Positions 8,888 to 18,836 are shown, counted from the first letter of the stretch. The stretch is DNA of 32,000 nucleotides from Methanothermobacter sp. (GCF_049720995.1 NZ_JBNASF010000004.1:2683-34682), one strand, 5' to 3'. A program made the numbers and translations. The notes: generated by a model not told the origin, from the sequence alone.

Positions 8888-9214
8888 CTCGGGGTTAACC
8901 GCATCCTCAATGGCTCCCCCTATGCAGTGGGGGTTCCAGCCAACGATCTCGGAACTAACAGATTCAAGCTCCACCGGCACATTCTCAAGACCATATGGCC
9001 TCACGGTTATTATGGGCTTAGAGAGTTTCACAGCCCTCTTCACATCATCCATTATTTTTTTCTTCATGATTCCCCAGAGACCAGCAAGGATTATCACAGC
9101 ATCTGCATCCTCGAGATCCGTCTTTCTCCACCTGTGACCTGAAAGGTCAAGTTTCTGTCTGAAGACACGGTAGTCCTCAATGTCACCCTCTGTTATGTAA
9201 AGCCTGACTTCCAT
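8861..9214 (-). CDS. MTH538-family TIR-like domain protein (DUF1863-type)
   Basis: ATG 9214 ([15 protein letters not shown]...) is preferred over GTG 9238, because GGAGA lies 7 nt upstream, the same spacing seen for other genes here. About 117 aa with an alternating beta/alpha flavodoxin-like pattern ([22 protein letters not shown]). I recognise it as the M. thermautotrophicus MTH538 type protein, which Pfam classifies as a TIR-like domain. Confidence 0.75.
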   Translation of the reverse strand: MEVRLYITEGDIEDYRVFRQKLDLSGHRWRKTDLEDADAVIILAGLWGIMKKKIMDDVKRAVKLSKPIITVRPYGLENVPVELESVSSEIVGWNPHCIGGAIEDAVNPEDKNQTLND

Positions 9215-9290
9215 ATCAGATTCTCCAGCATCACCCACTTCACGGATTCTCCGGCATAATACTTGAAGGTAGCATCAATTAAAATGCATA

Positions 9291-10157
9291 TCAGAGCACC
9301 CTCCTTGATTCAAGGAGGGCCTTCAGCTTACCAGGATCATGACTCCTCCTCCAAAGTGGAGTTTTGTCCTCACCGTATACACTGAGGTTCTCCTCAAATG
9401 TCCTTCCACCATCGGAACGGTAGATCACACCCAGTGGAAACTTCCCTGAACCGTAACCCTCAAGGGACTTCTCAAAGGCAAGCATCCTGTCGGATGTGTC
9501 ATGGTCAGTGTAGTAGGTGTTCTCACGGAACCACTGGAATGTATTGACACGGTTGAAGGTCACACAGGGCTGGAATATATCCACAAGGGCATAACCATGG
9601 TGTCTGATGGCATCAGCAAGAATCTCCCCTGTCCTCTCAATATCACCAGCAAAGGCCCGGGCAACGAAGGTGGCCCCCAGGGCAATGGCAACCGCAAGGG
9701 GGTTGAAGGGCTCCTCAAATACACCTTGAACCTGCAAAGGGGTCCTGAAGCCGGGCTGACTGGTGGGGGAGGCCTGCCCCTTTGTGAGACCATAGACCAT
9801 GTTGTTATGGACTATATTTGTTATATCAGGGTTCCTTCTGATGGCATGCATGAAGTGATTGCCGCCCTCACCGTACATGCATCCATCACCGCTCACATCA
9901 ATAACGGTGAGCTCCGGGTTCACAGCCTTTATTGCCACAGCAGCCGGGAGGGACCTCCCATGAAGACCGTTGAAGTAATTGCACCTGAGATACTGGGGGA
10001 GCTTCCCTGCCTGACCTATACCTGAGACAAGAACCAGCTTCTCAGGTGGTATATCAAGATCTGCAAGTGCCATCTTGAGGGCACGGAGAATCGAAAAGTT
10101 ACCGCAACCAGGGCACCAGGCCACGTCTGCCTCAAGGTCATAGTCCCCGGGTTTCAT
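9291..10157 (-). CDS. 2-oxoacid:ferredoxin oxidoreductase, beta (TPP-binding) subunit
   Basis: 288 aa. N-terminal WCPGCGNF cluster Cys motif. TPP motif [22 protein letters not shown]. Its start overlaps the alpha-subunit stop (ATGA). Confidence 0.9.
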   Translation of the reverse strand: MKPGDYDLEADVAWCPGCGNFSILRALKMALADLDIPPEKLVLVSGIGQAGKLPQYLRCNYFNGLHGRSLPAAVAIKAVNPELTVIDVSGDGCMYGEGGNHFMHAIRRNPDITNIVHNNMVYGLTKGQASPTSQPGFRTPLQVQGVFEEPFNPLAVAIALGATFVARAFAGDIERTGEILADAIRHHGYALVDIFQPCVTFNRVNTFQWFRENTYYTDHDTSDRMLAFEKSLEGYGSGKFPLGVIYRSDGGRTFEENLSVYGEDKTPLWRRSHDPGKLKALLESRRVL

Positions 10158-11827
10158 GCAAGAACCTCCCCTATGAATTTCCTTATCTCTTCAACACTGA
10201 AGGGCATACCATCATACTTGTTGAGACGATGGTCAACCTCAAAGCCGGCCTCAAGTTCAAGTAGATCAGCAAACTGTCCCCGGTAATTGTTCTCAATGGT
10301 GGCTGTCACCTCAAATGAGCCGAGAAGCTCACGGGTGTAAGGTGCCAGGGGGTAGACCTGACTGAAGTGCACCATGGTGACCTCAGCATCGGATGACCCG
10401 ATGGCCTCCCTCACAGGCCAGTAGTTTGAACCCCAGCATATAACTGCACTGGAGTCATCACCCCAGACCTCAGGGGGAATGGCATCATCCCTGAGCATTT
10501 CAAGGCGCAGATTCCTCTTCTCAACCATTCTCCTTCTTATATTGAGGTCCTCTGTTATGAAGCCGTCCTCATCATGTTCATCTGAATCAACACGCACAAG
10601 CCCCTCGCCGTAACCTGGAATCCCCCGGGAGGAGATACCGTCCTCTGTGAAGCTGAACCTCCGATAGCCGGCATCCGTCTCAATGATATGATGCTCCGGC
10701 TCCACTCTGATTTCAGGTTCAGGGAGATTGTAGTAGAGGTCCGCCAGGTACTGGTCTGAGAGTATGAAGACAGGTATCTGGTACCTGTCTGCAAGGTTGA
10801 AGGCATGGGCCGCTATTTCAGAGGCATCCTCCAGTTTTCCGGGGGCGAATATGGCCCTTGCAAACTCCCCTGGTCCGGAGTAGAGGGCCAGGTTCAGGTC
10901 CTCCTGGGCTGTCCTCGTTGGAAGCCCAACCGCCGGTCCCGGACGTTGACCGATATATATCACCACCGGAGTCTCTATCATACCAGCAAGACCTACGGCC
11001 TCCTCCATCAGGGCAAATCCACTCCCAGAGGTTGCAACAAGTGACCTGGCACCTGCATATGACGCCCCAAGGCACATGTTTATGGCTGCAATCTCATCCT
11101 CAGCCTGCTCAAATACCATCTCAAATTCATCTGCATTCTCTGCAATGAATATCTGGAGGGGACTTGAGGGGGTCATTGGGTAGGAGGACATGAACCTGCA
11201 ACCCCCTGCTATGCACCCGATACCCACGGCCTCAGTGCCATTGAGGATCACGTGTTCCCTGACAGAGGGGTCAGGGTCAACGGAGACTCTCAGGTGGTCC
11301 CTGAGTTCCTCACCCAGTTCGTAACCTCTCCTTCCAGCCATGAGGTCTGCATTGAGGATCTCGGGCCCCTTGCGCTCAAAGAGTGACCTTATGGCATCAT
11401 CAAAGACACTCTCCCTGACCCTGAAGAGACGGGCTGCGGCGCCTGCAGCCACAACATTGGCGAATATCCGCCCCCCCAGCTTCTCAGCCTCCTCAAGTAT
11501 GGGCAGGCCCACGGCATCCTCCTCACCAAAGCTCTCATCTGCAATAATCAGTGTCCCGTTGATTCTCTCCCTCAGGTGGTCCACTGCCCCGGGGCTCAGG
11601 GCAAAGAGGACATCGATACGGTCCACAAATGCCCTCACAGGCTCTGATGAAACCCTTATCAGGGTGGAGTTTTCACCGCCACGCACACGGGACATGTACT
11701 CCTTGGAGGAGAATATATGGTACCCTGTGGCCATGAAGGCCCTTATAAGGAGTGCCTCAACGGTCTGTATCCCCTGCCCGGCCTCACCGCAGAGGACCAG
11801 TGCAACATCATCCATGACCTCCTTCAT
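10154..11827 (-). CDS. 2-oxoacid:ferredoxin oxidoreductase, fused gamma-alpha subunit
   Basis: 557 aa. The N-terminal gamma-type domain ([18 protein letters not shown]...[11 protein letters not shown]) is followed by the alpha domain ([28 protein letters not shown]...[11 protein letters not shown]). No delta/ferredoxin subunit is adjacent. Substrate is not assignable from sequence. Confidence 0.9.
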   Translation of the reverse strand: MKEVMDDVALVLCGEAGQGIQTVEALLIRAFMATGYHIFSSKEYMSRVRGGENSTLIRVSSEPVRAFVDRIDVLFALSPGAVDHLRERINGTLIIADESFGEEDAVGLPILEEAEKLGGRIFANVVAAGAAARLFRVRESVFDDAIRSLFERKGPEILNADLMAGRRGYELGEELRDHLRVSVDPDPSVREHVILNGTEAVGIGCIAGGCRFMSSYPMTPSSPLQIFIAENADEFEMVFEQAEDEIAAINMCLGASYAGARSLVATSGSGFALMEEAVGLAGMIETPVVIYIGQRPGPAVGLPTRTAQEDLNLALYSGPGEFARAIFAPGKLEDASEIAAHAFNLADRYQIPVFILSDQYLADLYYNLPEPEIRVEPEHHIIETDAGYRRFSFTEDGISSRGIPGYGEGLVRVDSDEHDEDGFITEDLNIRRRMVEKRNLRLEMLRDDAIPPEVWGDDSSAVICWGSNYWPVREAIGSSDAEVTMVHFSQVYPLAPYTRELLGSFEVTATIENNYRGQFADLLELEAGFEVDHRLNKYDGMPFSVEEIRKFIGEVLA

Positions 11828-11879
11828 TTAAACATTCACCCCCATTCTCTATTTTCATATTCTTTTTCAGGTGGCCCCA

Positions 11880-12371
11880 TCAGAGGAGCCTCCTGAGGTA
11901 GCATCTTCGCTCCCTGTTCTTCTCAAGGTACTGCTGGTGGTACTCCTCGGCCTCATAGAAGGTACCTGCCGGTTCAATTGCCGTCACAATCCTTCCACCG
12001 AACCCTCCAGACTCCTCAAGTTTCCGCCTTGACTCCAGCGCCAGCCTCCTCTGCTCATCGTCATGGTAGAATATCACTGACCGGTACTGCTCACCGACGT
12101 CAGGGCCCTGCCTGTTGAGGCTTGTGGGGTCATGGATGCTCCAGAAGACATCAAGGAGTTCGCTGTAGCTTACAAGAGCAGGGTCAAAGGTGACCTCAAC
12201 AACCTCAGCGTGTCCTGTAAGTCCGGTGCAGACATCCTCATAGGCTGGGTTTTCCATGTGGCCGCCCATGTACCCCACACGGGTGGATACAACACCCCTG
12301 ACTCTCCTGAATGCGTCCTCAACTCCCCAGAAGCATCCGGCACCGAAGGTGGCCTTCTTATATCTCTCCAT
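11880..12371 (-). CDS. msrA: Peptide-methionine (S)-S-oxide reductase MsrA
   Basis: GAGCFWGVE active-site motif, plus GYMGG...[20 protein letters not shown] 12371 is preferred because the GTG at 12380 sits inside the SD AGGTGA, 5 nt upstream of that ATG. Confidence 0.93.
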   Translation of the reverse strand: MERYKKATFGAGCFWGVEDAFRRVRGVVSTRVGYMGGHMENPAYEDVCTGLTGHAEVVEVTFDPALVSYSELLDVFWSIHDPTSLNRQGPDVGEQYRSVIFYHDDEQRRLALESRRKLEESGGFGGRIVTAIEPAGTFYEAEEYHQQYLEKNRERRCYLRRLL

Positions 12372-12446
12372 AAATTTCACCTACCTGATACGTTACTATA
12401 TGGCCCCCTCCCTGGTATATCGGGTCTTTCAGGCCATTCATGTCAC

Positions 12447-13010
12447 CTACCCTGATACGTTACCACGCACCTGGGCCTGGTCTGCGGTGAACCTGAAGGG
12501 TGAGCCGCCACCTCCGGCTATTGAGAACGACATGATTACACTTCCAGTGGGGTTCTTACGGTAGTCAAAGGGGCCGCTGATGGTCCAGGAGTAGGTCTGG
12601 TTTCCAATCTTCAGTGTCCACCTTCCCCTCTGGCCTATGCCCTTTAGGTCATCAGCACCTCCCATGGGGTCACCGACACCACCCTCCACCGTGAAACTGG
12701 TGCCGGCGCTCATCCGTCCAAGGTTGAAGGTCCTGCTTGATCCTGGCTGGAGGAGGAAGAAGTAGTTTCCAGGGTCCCCTGATATGATGTGCCGGCTGCC
12801 CCCATCTGTGGTGTTATTGGCCTCATAGATGAACTTGCTCTTCGACGGACCTATATTGGTTACTGTGAGCTTCACCTCAACTGTCTCGTTACCCGGGACC
12901 TTGAAGTAGGAGCTGTATATGTAGAGGGCTGCAACCGCGATTATTATGATGGCTGCGAAAAGAAGTATGTACTCTGCACCCCCCTGTCCACCTCTATCCT
13001 TCATTATCAT
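12447..13010 (-). CDS. Class III (type IV pilin-like) signal-peptide protein, putative archaeal pilin or surface-structure subunit
   Basis: The N-terminus [32 protein letters not shown] has the archaeal prepilin pattern: a basic residue-Gly, then Q..E, then a hydrophobic helix. The rest is beta-rich and looks extracellular. There is no SD, and tatataaata lies ~25 nt upstream, suggesting a leaderless transcript. Confidence 0.6.
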   Translation of the reverse strand: MIMKDRGGQGGAEYILLFAAIIIIAVAALYIYSSYFKVPGNETVEVKLTVTNIGPSKSKFIYEANNTTDGGSRHIISGDPGNYFFLLQPGSSRTFNLGRMSAGTSFTVEGGVGDPMGGADDLKGIGQRGRWTLKIGNQTYSWTISGPFDYRKNPTGSVIMSFSIAGGGGSPFRFTADQAQVRGNVSG

Positions 13011-13057
13011 GTAAGATATATATTGTATGATTATTTATATAAAACTGAGGTGTGACA

Positions 13058-13297
13058 ATGGGACCCGGGGCAGCTTCTGAAACTCCGCCTGTGAGCATGG
13101 AGGTTATATTAACTGCGGCGGCCGTGACCCTTGCGGTTGCAGCGGTCATCATACTGATTTTATTTATAGGTAAACGCAAGAGGTCAGGGAAGGAAGAGGA
13201 AAAACCTCTCAGGCCAGAGGTGTCAAAGAACGAGGATATAATATCCCAGCTCAAGGAGGAATACGGGGTTTCCGATGATGATTCAGGGGACGATTAA
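13058..13297 (+). CDS. Small single-pass membrane protein with basic then acidic C-terminal tail
   Basis: ATG 13058 with GAGGTGTGA 2 nt upstream (its GGTGT core 4 nt upstream). TM helix VILTAAAVTLAVAAVIILILFIG followed by KRKRSGKEEE...DDDSGDD. It ends 20 nt before the first Mur-type ligase gene. Confidence 0.55.
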   Translation: MGPGAASETPPVSMEVILTAAAVTLAVAAVIILILFIGKRKRSGKEEEKPLRPEVSKNEDIISQLKEEYGVSDDDSGDD

Positions 13298-13317
13298 AAG
13301 TTAAGATCGGTGAACCA

Positions 13318-14529
13318 ATGAGGGTTGCGGTGCTGGGACTTGGAGCTGAAGGTTTGAGGGCAGTTGAGTCACTGAAGAGAAGGGGTCACAGCGTATATGC
13401 AAGTGACATACGGCGTGAAATCCCTGTAAACCCTGAGGGGGTTGACCTTGACCTTGGCTTTCATGATACAGGGAAAATAGAGGCTGCAGATGCGGTTGTA
13501 ATCAGCCCATCAATGATAAAAACTGAACTCATGGAGCGGTTCAGTGATAAGCTCCTCTGCAGGGTCCTTGAGGGCCACAGAAAACCCAGAACCATCGCGG
13601 TCACAGGGACCAACGGCAAGACCACAACCGCCACAATGATAGCACATGTACTTGAATGTGCAGGTAAGAGGGTACTTCTTGGCGGGAATGCTGGCGGAGG
13701 ATTTGATGGCTACACAGAACTCCTTTTAAGGGCATCTGAGGAGGAATTTGACTACCTTGTGGTTGAGGTCTGCGATATGACCCTGGAATTCGCATCAGAG
13801 TGCTTTGACATTGACCTCGTTGTCCTCACAAACCTTGGCGAGGACCACATGGACTTCCACGGTTCAATGGAGAACTACAGAATGGCAATGGCAGAATTCC
13901 TGAGGGGAAGGGATGCTGTAATCGGCCCCGGGGATTCAGATGAAGAACTCAAAGAGGTCCCCTCCAGTCTCAGGACCTACAGTGAGTACACCGGGCCCCT
14001 GAGGGTTGAGGGCGGATTCAACAGACTGAACGCAGGGGCGGCATCAGAGGCCCTCAGGTATCTGGGTGTTCCAGAGGATATCATAGGGGATGGACTTGCC
14101 AGTTTCGAACCTGTGAGGGGTCGTATAAGGTCATTCATCATCAACGGGGCATCCGTTGTTGCTGGTAAAACCGACAACCCCCATGCCCTGAGGGCCGTAC
14201 TCTCAGAATCAGAATTCGATGTCATGTTCATCGGAACACCCCGGAGGTCAGAGAAGTGGCGCCTCCACATCCTTGATGAGGTCGCAGAGTCACCCCCGGA
14301 GGTCCTTGTGATATTCCCGGGGCTTGAGGACACGGTTGACATGGTAATGGAATACCTTGAGGGTCTTAAAATCCCATCAGAGGTCATAACAGTTGATGAA
14401 CCTGAGAAAATCCCCTGGATGGTCCTTGAGTTTTCCAGGAAATACAGGAGAATCTTCGTGGGTGGAAACGGGCAGGACAGGATAGCCACGGTCCAGGAAA
14501 AACTCGAGGAGATCTCCTCCTGTGAATGA
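13318..14529 (+). CDS. Mur-ligase-family ATP-dependent peptide ligase (MurD-like architecture); probable pseudomurein stem-peptide ligase
   Basis: GGTGA lies 4 nt before the ATG. The N-terminal Rossmann segment VAVLGLGAEGLRAV resembles MurD. P-loop VTGTNGKTTTATMIAHVL. Central-domain motifs LVVEVCD and NLGEDHMDFHG. 403 aa. Confidence 0.85.
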   Translation: MRVAVLGLGAEGLRAVESLKRRGHSVYASDIRREIPVNPEGVDLDLGFHDTGKIEAADAVVISPSMIKTELMERFSDKLLCRVLEGHRKPRTIAVTGTNGKTTTATMIAHVLECAGKRVLLGGNAGGGFDGYTELLLRASEEEFDYLVVEVCDMTLEFASECFDIDLVVLTNLGEDHMDFHGSMENYRMAMAEFLRGRDAVIGPGDSDEELKEVPSSLRTYSEYTGPLRVEGGFNRLNAGAASEALRYLGVPEDIIGDGLASFEPVRGRIRSFIINGASVVAGKTDNPHALRAVLSESEFDVMFIGTPRRSEKWRLHILDEVAESPPEVLVIFPGLEDTVDMVMEYLEGLKIPSEVITVDEPEKIPWMVLEFSRKYRRIFVGGNGQDRIATVQEKLEEISSCE

Positions 14530-14692
14530 ACAGCATCACCTGCGTAAGTGGTATATATGAATAACCATAATAATAACTGGACTGCATATTTCTCTAAAAG
14601 CCAGGAAACCTGGATTGATCATAAACTATTACTTCATGGCATGCATACCTTAAATTAAAACAGATCTATGGGTGCATAAATTGATCACGAAC

Positions 14693-17689
14693 ATGAAAGT
14701 GCTTGTGCTTGGAGCTGGAAACGCTGGCAGACCCGCCGCAAGATTGCTGAGACACCTTGGAAACAGTGTACTTGTAAATGACGTCAGGGAACTGGATGAA
14801 CTACCCCCAAAGGCCAGGAAGAGGATAGATGAGATGAAAGATGAGGGTGTGAGATTCAGGTTTGGGGGTCACAGGATTGAGGACATGCTATGGGCAGATG
14901 CCGTCTTCGTATCCCCCAGCATACCCCCTGATGCACCTGTACGTGATATGCTGGGGAGTGTGGAGAAGGATCTGATCCACATAACAACCTCAGACATAGG
15001 TAGGGTCCTCAACCAGCTCATAGGCATCCCCATGGTGGGAGTTGCAGGTACAGACGGGAAGACAACAACCACCAACATGATAGACCACATACTCTCATCA
15101 CGCCACAGGACGGTGTCATTCTCATCAATCCAGGACTCACTGGTAATTGAGGGACTTGTTGAACTCGTGGTGAATGGTGATGTGAACAGCAGGGACATGG
15201 CCGTATTTGAACTCCCACATGGAACCATAAGGATGGCTGATGGCCTTGAGATAGTGGCCGGGGTAGTGACAAACCTCACACCAGACCACATGGATGAGTT
15301 CAGGGACTACGATGAATACATTGAGAGGAACTTCTCAATAAAGAACCTCATAGCTCCAGGAGGTGTTCTGGTACTCTGTGGGGACGACCCGGTCATCGCG
15401 GGGCTCCTGGATGACCTTGAGGTTAAAAGTGTGGTTTATGGGCTGGGGAATGGAAGGACAGTTGAGTTCATGGATAGAACCTTCAGCGGCTCAGCAGAAC
15501 CACAGGTAAGCGCATCGGATATAGACCTCAGGGGTCTTGAGGGCTCAGAGTTCACCCTGAAGGTATCAGAGATACCAACGGCCCTCTGCAGCACCTGCGG
15601 ATCCCTGAACTGCGCGGAACATGAGGGGGTGGTCCATGCCGGTCCCCTCACAGAGAGGATAAAACTCAGGGTGCCGGGCCTCTTCAACGTGGAGAACGCC
15701 CTTGCAGCCATAACCGTTGCACTGGTACTCGGATTTGACATTAAGGACATCAAAAATGCAATAGAGGAATTCAGGGGTATAAAGGGTAGATTTGAATTCA
15801 TAGATCGGGTTGAGGGGGTCCCTGTTTACATGGACGCAGCACACAACCCTGAGAGTATGGAGAAACTTTTTGAGGGCATTGAATTCAAGGGGAGGCTGAT
15901 AATAAGCCTGGATAACCCCGACACCCTCACAGTGAGGGACAAGTACAGGATAGGTCAGATACTTGGTGAAAAAGCCGATGTATTGATTGTGAGCGGTAAA
16001 AATGAGACAACAGGTAAGATTGACATGGAAGCGGCCTCTGAGGTTGAAAGGGGCGCTGGCAGGGGTAAAACCATAAAGACCGATAGTGTATATGATAGCA
16101 TAAGGAGGGCACTTGAAATCGCCGAAAAGGGGGATACGGTACTCCACCTCGGCCCCGGGGTTGTCAACGCATATGACAATGTTAGGGATGATATTGAGAG
16201 GGCCATAGAGTCAATGAGGGACTTCACGGTTGTTCTTGGAGGCTGCGGGAATGTGGGAAGCCTCATGGCAAGGAACCTCCGGGCAAGGGGTTACCGGGTC
16301 GTTGTCTCGGATCTGAAGGAGAGTACACCCCTCGAGGATGTCTTCAGGGGTGAGGGAATAGAACTTGACCTGGGGGGTCACAGCATGGAGGTCCTCAGGG
16401 GCGCGTCCACCATAGCCATCACACCAGCCCTGGAGAATAACAGGAGGGTTCTTGACCTCATCAGGGACCTCAACGCTGATGTGATAGGTGTTGAGGACGT
16501 CCTGAACATGTGCCCCGTTGATAAACCTGTGGTGGGGGTCACAGGGACAAATGGAAAGACCACAACCACGGGTATCCTAAAATCCATAATGAGGGCTGCC
16601 GGAAAGACTGTGCCAGAGCACCACCTCAACATACAGGGCAACACTGAACTGGTACCGGCCCTCCAGGCAAGACTCCCTGGGGACGTGGCTGTGGTTGAGA
16701 TAGGGACATTCGGGAGGATGGGTGAGATAAGGCAATCAGCCCTTCTATCAGGGGTCTCAGTGGGCGTCATAACCAACATATCAAGGGACCACCTTTCAGG
16801 TGGAAGGAGGTTCTCTGATTACATTGAATGCAAGAGGGAGATCATTGATACAGCGGAGGTTCTGGTACTCAACGCCGATGACCCCATCGTCGCATCATTC
16901 GCAGAGGAACTGAGGGAGGAGAGAGCTGTGCTCTATGGCATCCAGAGCATGGAGTCATCCCAGGTCATGCCTGAGGGCAGGGAATGCCCCAGATGTGGCA
17001 ACCCCCTCAGATATACCCGCAGAACCATGGGGCACCTGGGGGATTACCTGTGTGTCTGCGGCTACCGGAGACCCCAGCCTGAGGTTATGGCCCTGGAGGC
17101 ATCAGCCACAGGATTCAAACTGGTAATTGGATCCGAAATGAGGGATGTGAAACTCAGGGCACCGGGGATCTTCAATGTCTACAATGCACTGGCAGCCGCT
17201 GCCGCCGCATGGTCCCTTGGCGTGAATATGGATGATATAGTAAGGGGAATTGAGTCATTTGGTGGTGTGAGGGGAAGGTTCCAGAGGCTGATGGACTCAC
17301 CACGGGTTATACTTGACTACGCCCACAACCCGGCCGGTGTGAGGGCTGTGATGCAGGAACTCAAAGGTACCGGCGGAAGGCTGATAGTCGTGAACACCGT
17401 GGCATCTGAGAGTGGAATAGATGGTGATCTGGAAATCGCATCACTCCTGAAGGATGCCGACACCGTTATACCGGCATCCTATGCTGCAAGGAGAGCCTCA
17501 GATATCCTGGGTAAGAGGGTGGTCCATATAGAATCCAGCAGAAAACGTGCAGGGTCCGGGACCCTTGGAGCTAACCGTGAACAGGTTGAGGAGGCTGTAA
17601 ATAAGGCCCTTGAAATTGCAGAACCAGATGACACTGTACTCATAATAGGTGAGGGGGGATTCAGATATGCAGAGGATTATATCAGTTAA
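14693..17689 (+). CDS. Tandem double Mur-ligase-family protein (two complete MurD-like modules in one frame); probable pseudomurein peptide ligases
   Basis: The track ORF starts at GTG 14672. ATG 14693 (MKVLVLGAGNAGRPAA) is preferred because a TATA-like ccttaaattaaaa at ~14650 would place the TSS after 14672. Module 1 has GxGxxG, AGTDGKTTTT and NLTPDHMDEF. Module 2 starts near ATG 16214 (MRDFTVVLGGCGNVGSLMA) and has TGTNGKTTTTG and NISRDHLSGG. No stop separates the modules. Cys clusters lie at 15587-15622 and 16985-17059. Confidence 0.85.
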   Translation: MKVLVLGAGNAGRPAARLLRHLGNSVLVNDVRELDELPPKARKRIDEMKDEGVRFRFGGHRIEDMLWADAVFVSPSIPPDAPVRDMLGSVEKDLIHITTSDIGRVLNQLIGIPMVGVAGTDGKTTTTNMIDHILSSRHRTVSFSSIQDSLVIEGLVELVVNGDVNSRDMAVFELPHGTIRMADGLEIVAGVVTNLTPDHMDEFRDYDEYIERNFSIKNLIAPGGVLVLCGDDPVIAGLLDDLEVKSVVYGLGNGRTVEFMDRTFSGSAEPQVSASDIDLRGLEGSEFTLKVSEIPTALCSTCGSLNCAEHEGVVHAGPLTERIKLRVPGLFNVENALAAITVALVLGFDIKDIKNAIEEFRGIKGRFEFIDRVEGVPVYMDAAHNPESMEKLFEGIEFKGRLIISLDNPDTLTVRDKYRIGQILGEKADVLIVSGKNETTGKIDMEAASEVERGAGRGKTIKTDSVYDSIRRALEIAEKGDTVLHLGPGVVNAYDNVRDDIERAIESMRDFTVVLGGCGNVGSLMARNLRARGYRVVVSDLKESTPLEDVFRGEGIELDLGGHSMEVLRGASTIAITPALENNRRVLDLIRDLNADVIGVEDVLNMCPVDKPVVGVTGTNGKTTTTGILKSIMRAAGKTVPEHHLNIQGNTELVPALQARLPGDVAVVEIGTFGRMGEIRQSALLSGVSVGVITNISRDHLSGGRRFSDYIECKREIIDTAEVLVLNADDPIVASFAEELREERAVLYGIQSMESSQVMPEGRECPRCGNPLRYTRRTMGHLGDYLCVCGYRRPQPEVMALEASATGFKLVIGSEMRDVKLRAPGIFNVYNALAAAAAAWSLGVNMDDIVRGIESFGGVRGRFQRLMDSPRVILDYAHNPAGVRAVMQELKGTGGRLIVVNTVASESGIDGDLEIASLLKDADTVIPASYAARRASDILGKRVVHIESSRKRAGSGTLGANREQVEEAVNKALEIAEPDDTVLIIGEGGFRYAEDYIS

Positions 17690-18836
17690 ACACATCATTT
17701 TGCTGGTGATTCTGGCGGCTATCATAACAGCATCGGGTGCATACATCGAGGGAAGCGTTGAACCCCAGCACCCGGGGGAGATAGCTGCCCTTGAGCCTGG
17801 AAGCACGGTACTGAAGGGTCAGGATGTTATCGATGAATCCCGGGTGAGGAGCGTCCCTCTCATACTCCACCCGGACTACCTGCTTGATGAATTCAACTAC
17901 ATGGACCCTGGAAACCTCCTCCAGGCGGTCCTCACAGGGGCTGTGCATGTCCCGATATCTGAGATGACCTCAGGGATAGACCCATCAGGGAGATCCACTG
18001 TGGATGGTCCGGGGGTGCTGAGGGTTTCAGGGGATAAACTGGTGGTGCAGGAGCCACCGGTCTTCCTCTGGGCCTACAAGACACCCTACACCTATGGTGT
18101 GAAGAGAGAGAATGGTATGGATATCATTGAGAACGGAAGGAAGGTTAGATTTGTCCCGGCAGATAGTATAGGTAACAGCACCGTCCCCCACAGGTACAGA
18201 TCCGTTAACAGGATAAAGAGCTGGTTCAGAAGGGCTGACGAGGGGGACGAGATAGTCCTGGACTACCAGCTATCCAACTTCAGCGACGGCAGACTCCCTG
18301 TTCCACCAGGGATGATAGAGAAACTCTTTGGTGGGGATGTTCTTGACTACATGGAGAACTACCCCTCAGGGGCGCCTGTAATGGTGTACACAGGGGGCCA
18401 CAGAAAGGTCCTGGTATCAACTGCAGTGAGCTACCTGGGCTCATACCCCCAGTACGATGATAACAGGAGGGCCTTCAATGCAAGGGCATTCGCTGAGGCA
18501 TGGAATGGCACTGTGATTCCACCTGGAAGTGAGGGTTCAGGTAAGGAGACAGTCAGGTTCACTGCATCAAGGGACCCTGAGGCCCCTGGCGGATACGCCT
18601 CCCACGGCTCATGTCCACCTGCAAGGGCACTCAGGGCCGTTGTAACTGATGCAGGGATGCCCCTCCCCAGGGGCATGACATGGGAGTTCCATGCGGTTCT
18701 ATTCGGCTTCAACCCGGCGACCGGGATAAAGGTCAGAAATACCGGAAGGTACCCTGTACTCATTGAGATGTGGACGACGGGTTCAGGTGCAGGTACAACC
18801 ATATACGCCAGAATCTACAGGCTTGAACCGGCATAG
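17667..18836 (+). CDS. N-terminally membrane-anchored extracytoplasmic protein with a VanW-like C-terminal region (tentative)
   Basis: ATG 17667 (MQRIISVKHIILLVILAAIITASGAY, a signal anchor) overlaps the upstream stop by 23 nt. The C-terminus GSCPPARALRAVVTDAGMPL...EFHAV...IKVRNTGRYPVLIEMWTTGSGAGTTIYARIY resembles the VanW pattern (GG.C...LY.A...AG...H...F.N.T.YP..I......L...IY). This is from memory and not searched. Confidence 0.65.
   Translation: MQRIISVKHIILLVILAAIITASGAYIEGSVEPQHPGEIAALEPGSTVLKGQDVIDESRVRSVPLILHPDYLLDEFNYMDPGNLLQAVLTGAVHVPISEMTSGIDPSGRSTVDGPGVLRVSGDKLVVQEPPVFLWAYKTPYTYGVKRENGMDIIENGRKVRFVPADSIGNSTVPHRYRSVNRIKSWFRRADEGDEIVLDYQLSNFSDGRLPVPPGMIEKLFGGDVLDYMENYPSGAPVMVYTGGHRKVLVSTAVSYLGSYPQYDDNRRAFNARAFAEAWNGTVIPPGSEGSGKETVRFTASRDPEAPGGYASHGSCPPARALRAVVTDAGMPLPRGMTWEFHAVLFGFNPATGIKVRNTGRYPVLIEMWTTGSGAGTTIYARIYRLEPA

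Noticed and set aside
8837-9142. Plus-strand ORFs (101 and 75 aa) opposite the TIR-like gene
   Set aside because: They are antisense to the recognised MTH538-type gene, and their start lies inside the tandem repeat.
10805-11831. Plus-strand ORFs (79, 96 and 163 aa) inside the oxidoreductase alpha gene
   Set aside because: They are antisense to a motif-rich gene, and their Pro/Ser/Arg-rich products are typical of GC3-driven open antisense frames.
14672-14692. GTG 14672 as start of the tandem ligase, and GTG 17649 as start of the VanW-like gene
   Set aside because: The ATGs at 14693 and 17667 give the conserved GxGxxG N-terminus and a proper signal anchor respectively. The upstream extensions add unconserved-looking residues. 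Neither alternative is excluded.
13977-16779. Several 84-193-aa minus-strand ORFs inside the Mur-type ligase genes
   Set aside because: All are antisense to genes with clear P-loop and Mur motifs, overlap one another, and are low in complexity.
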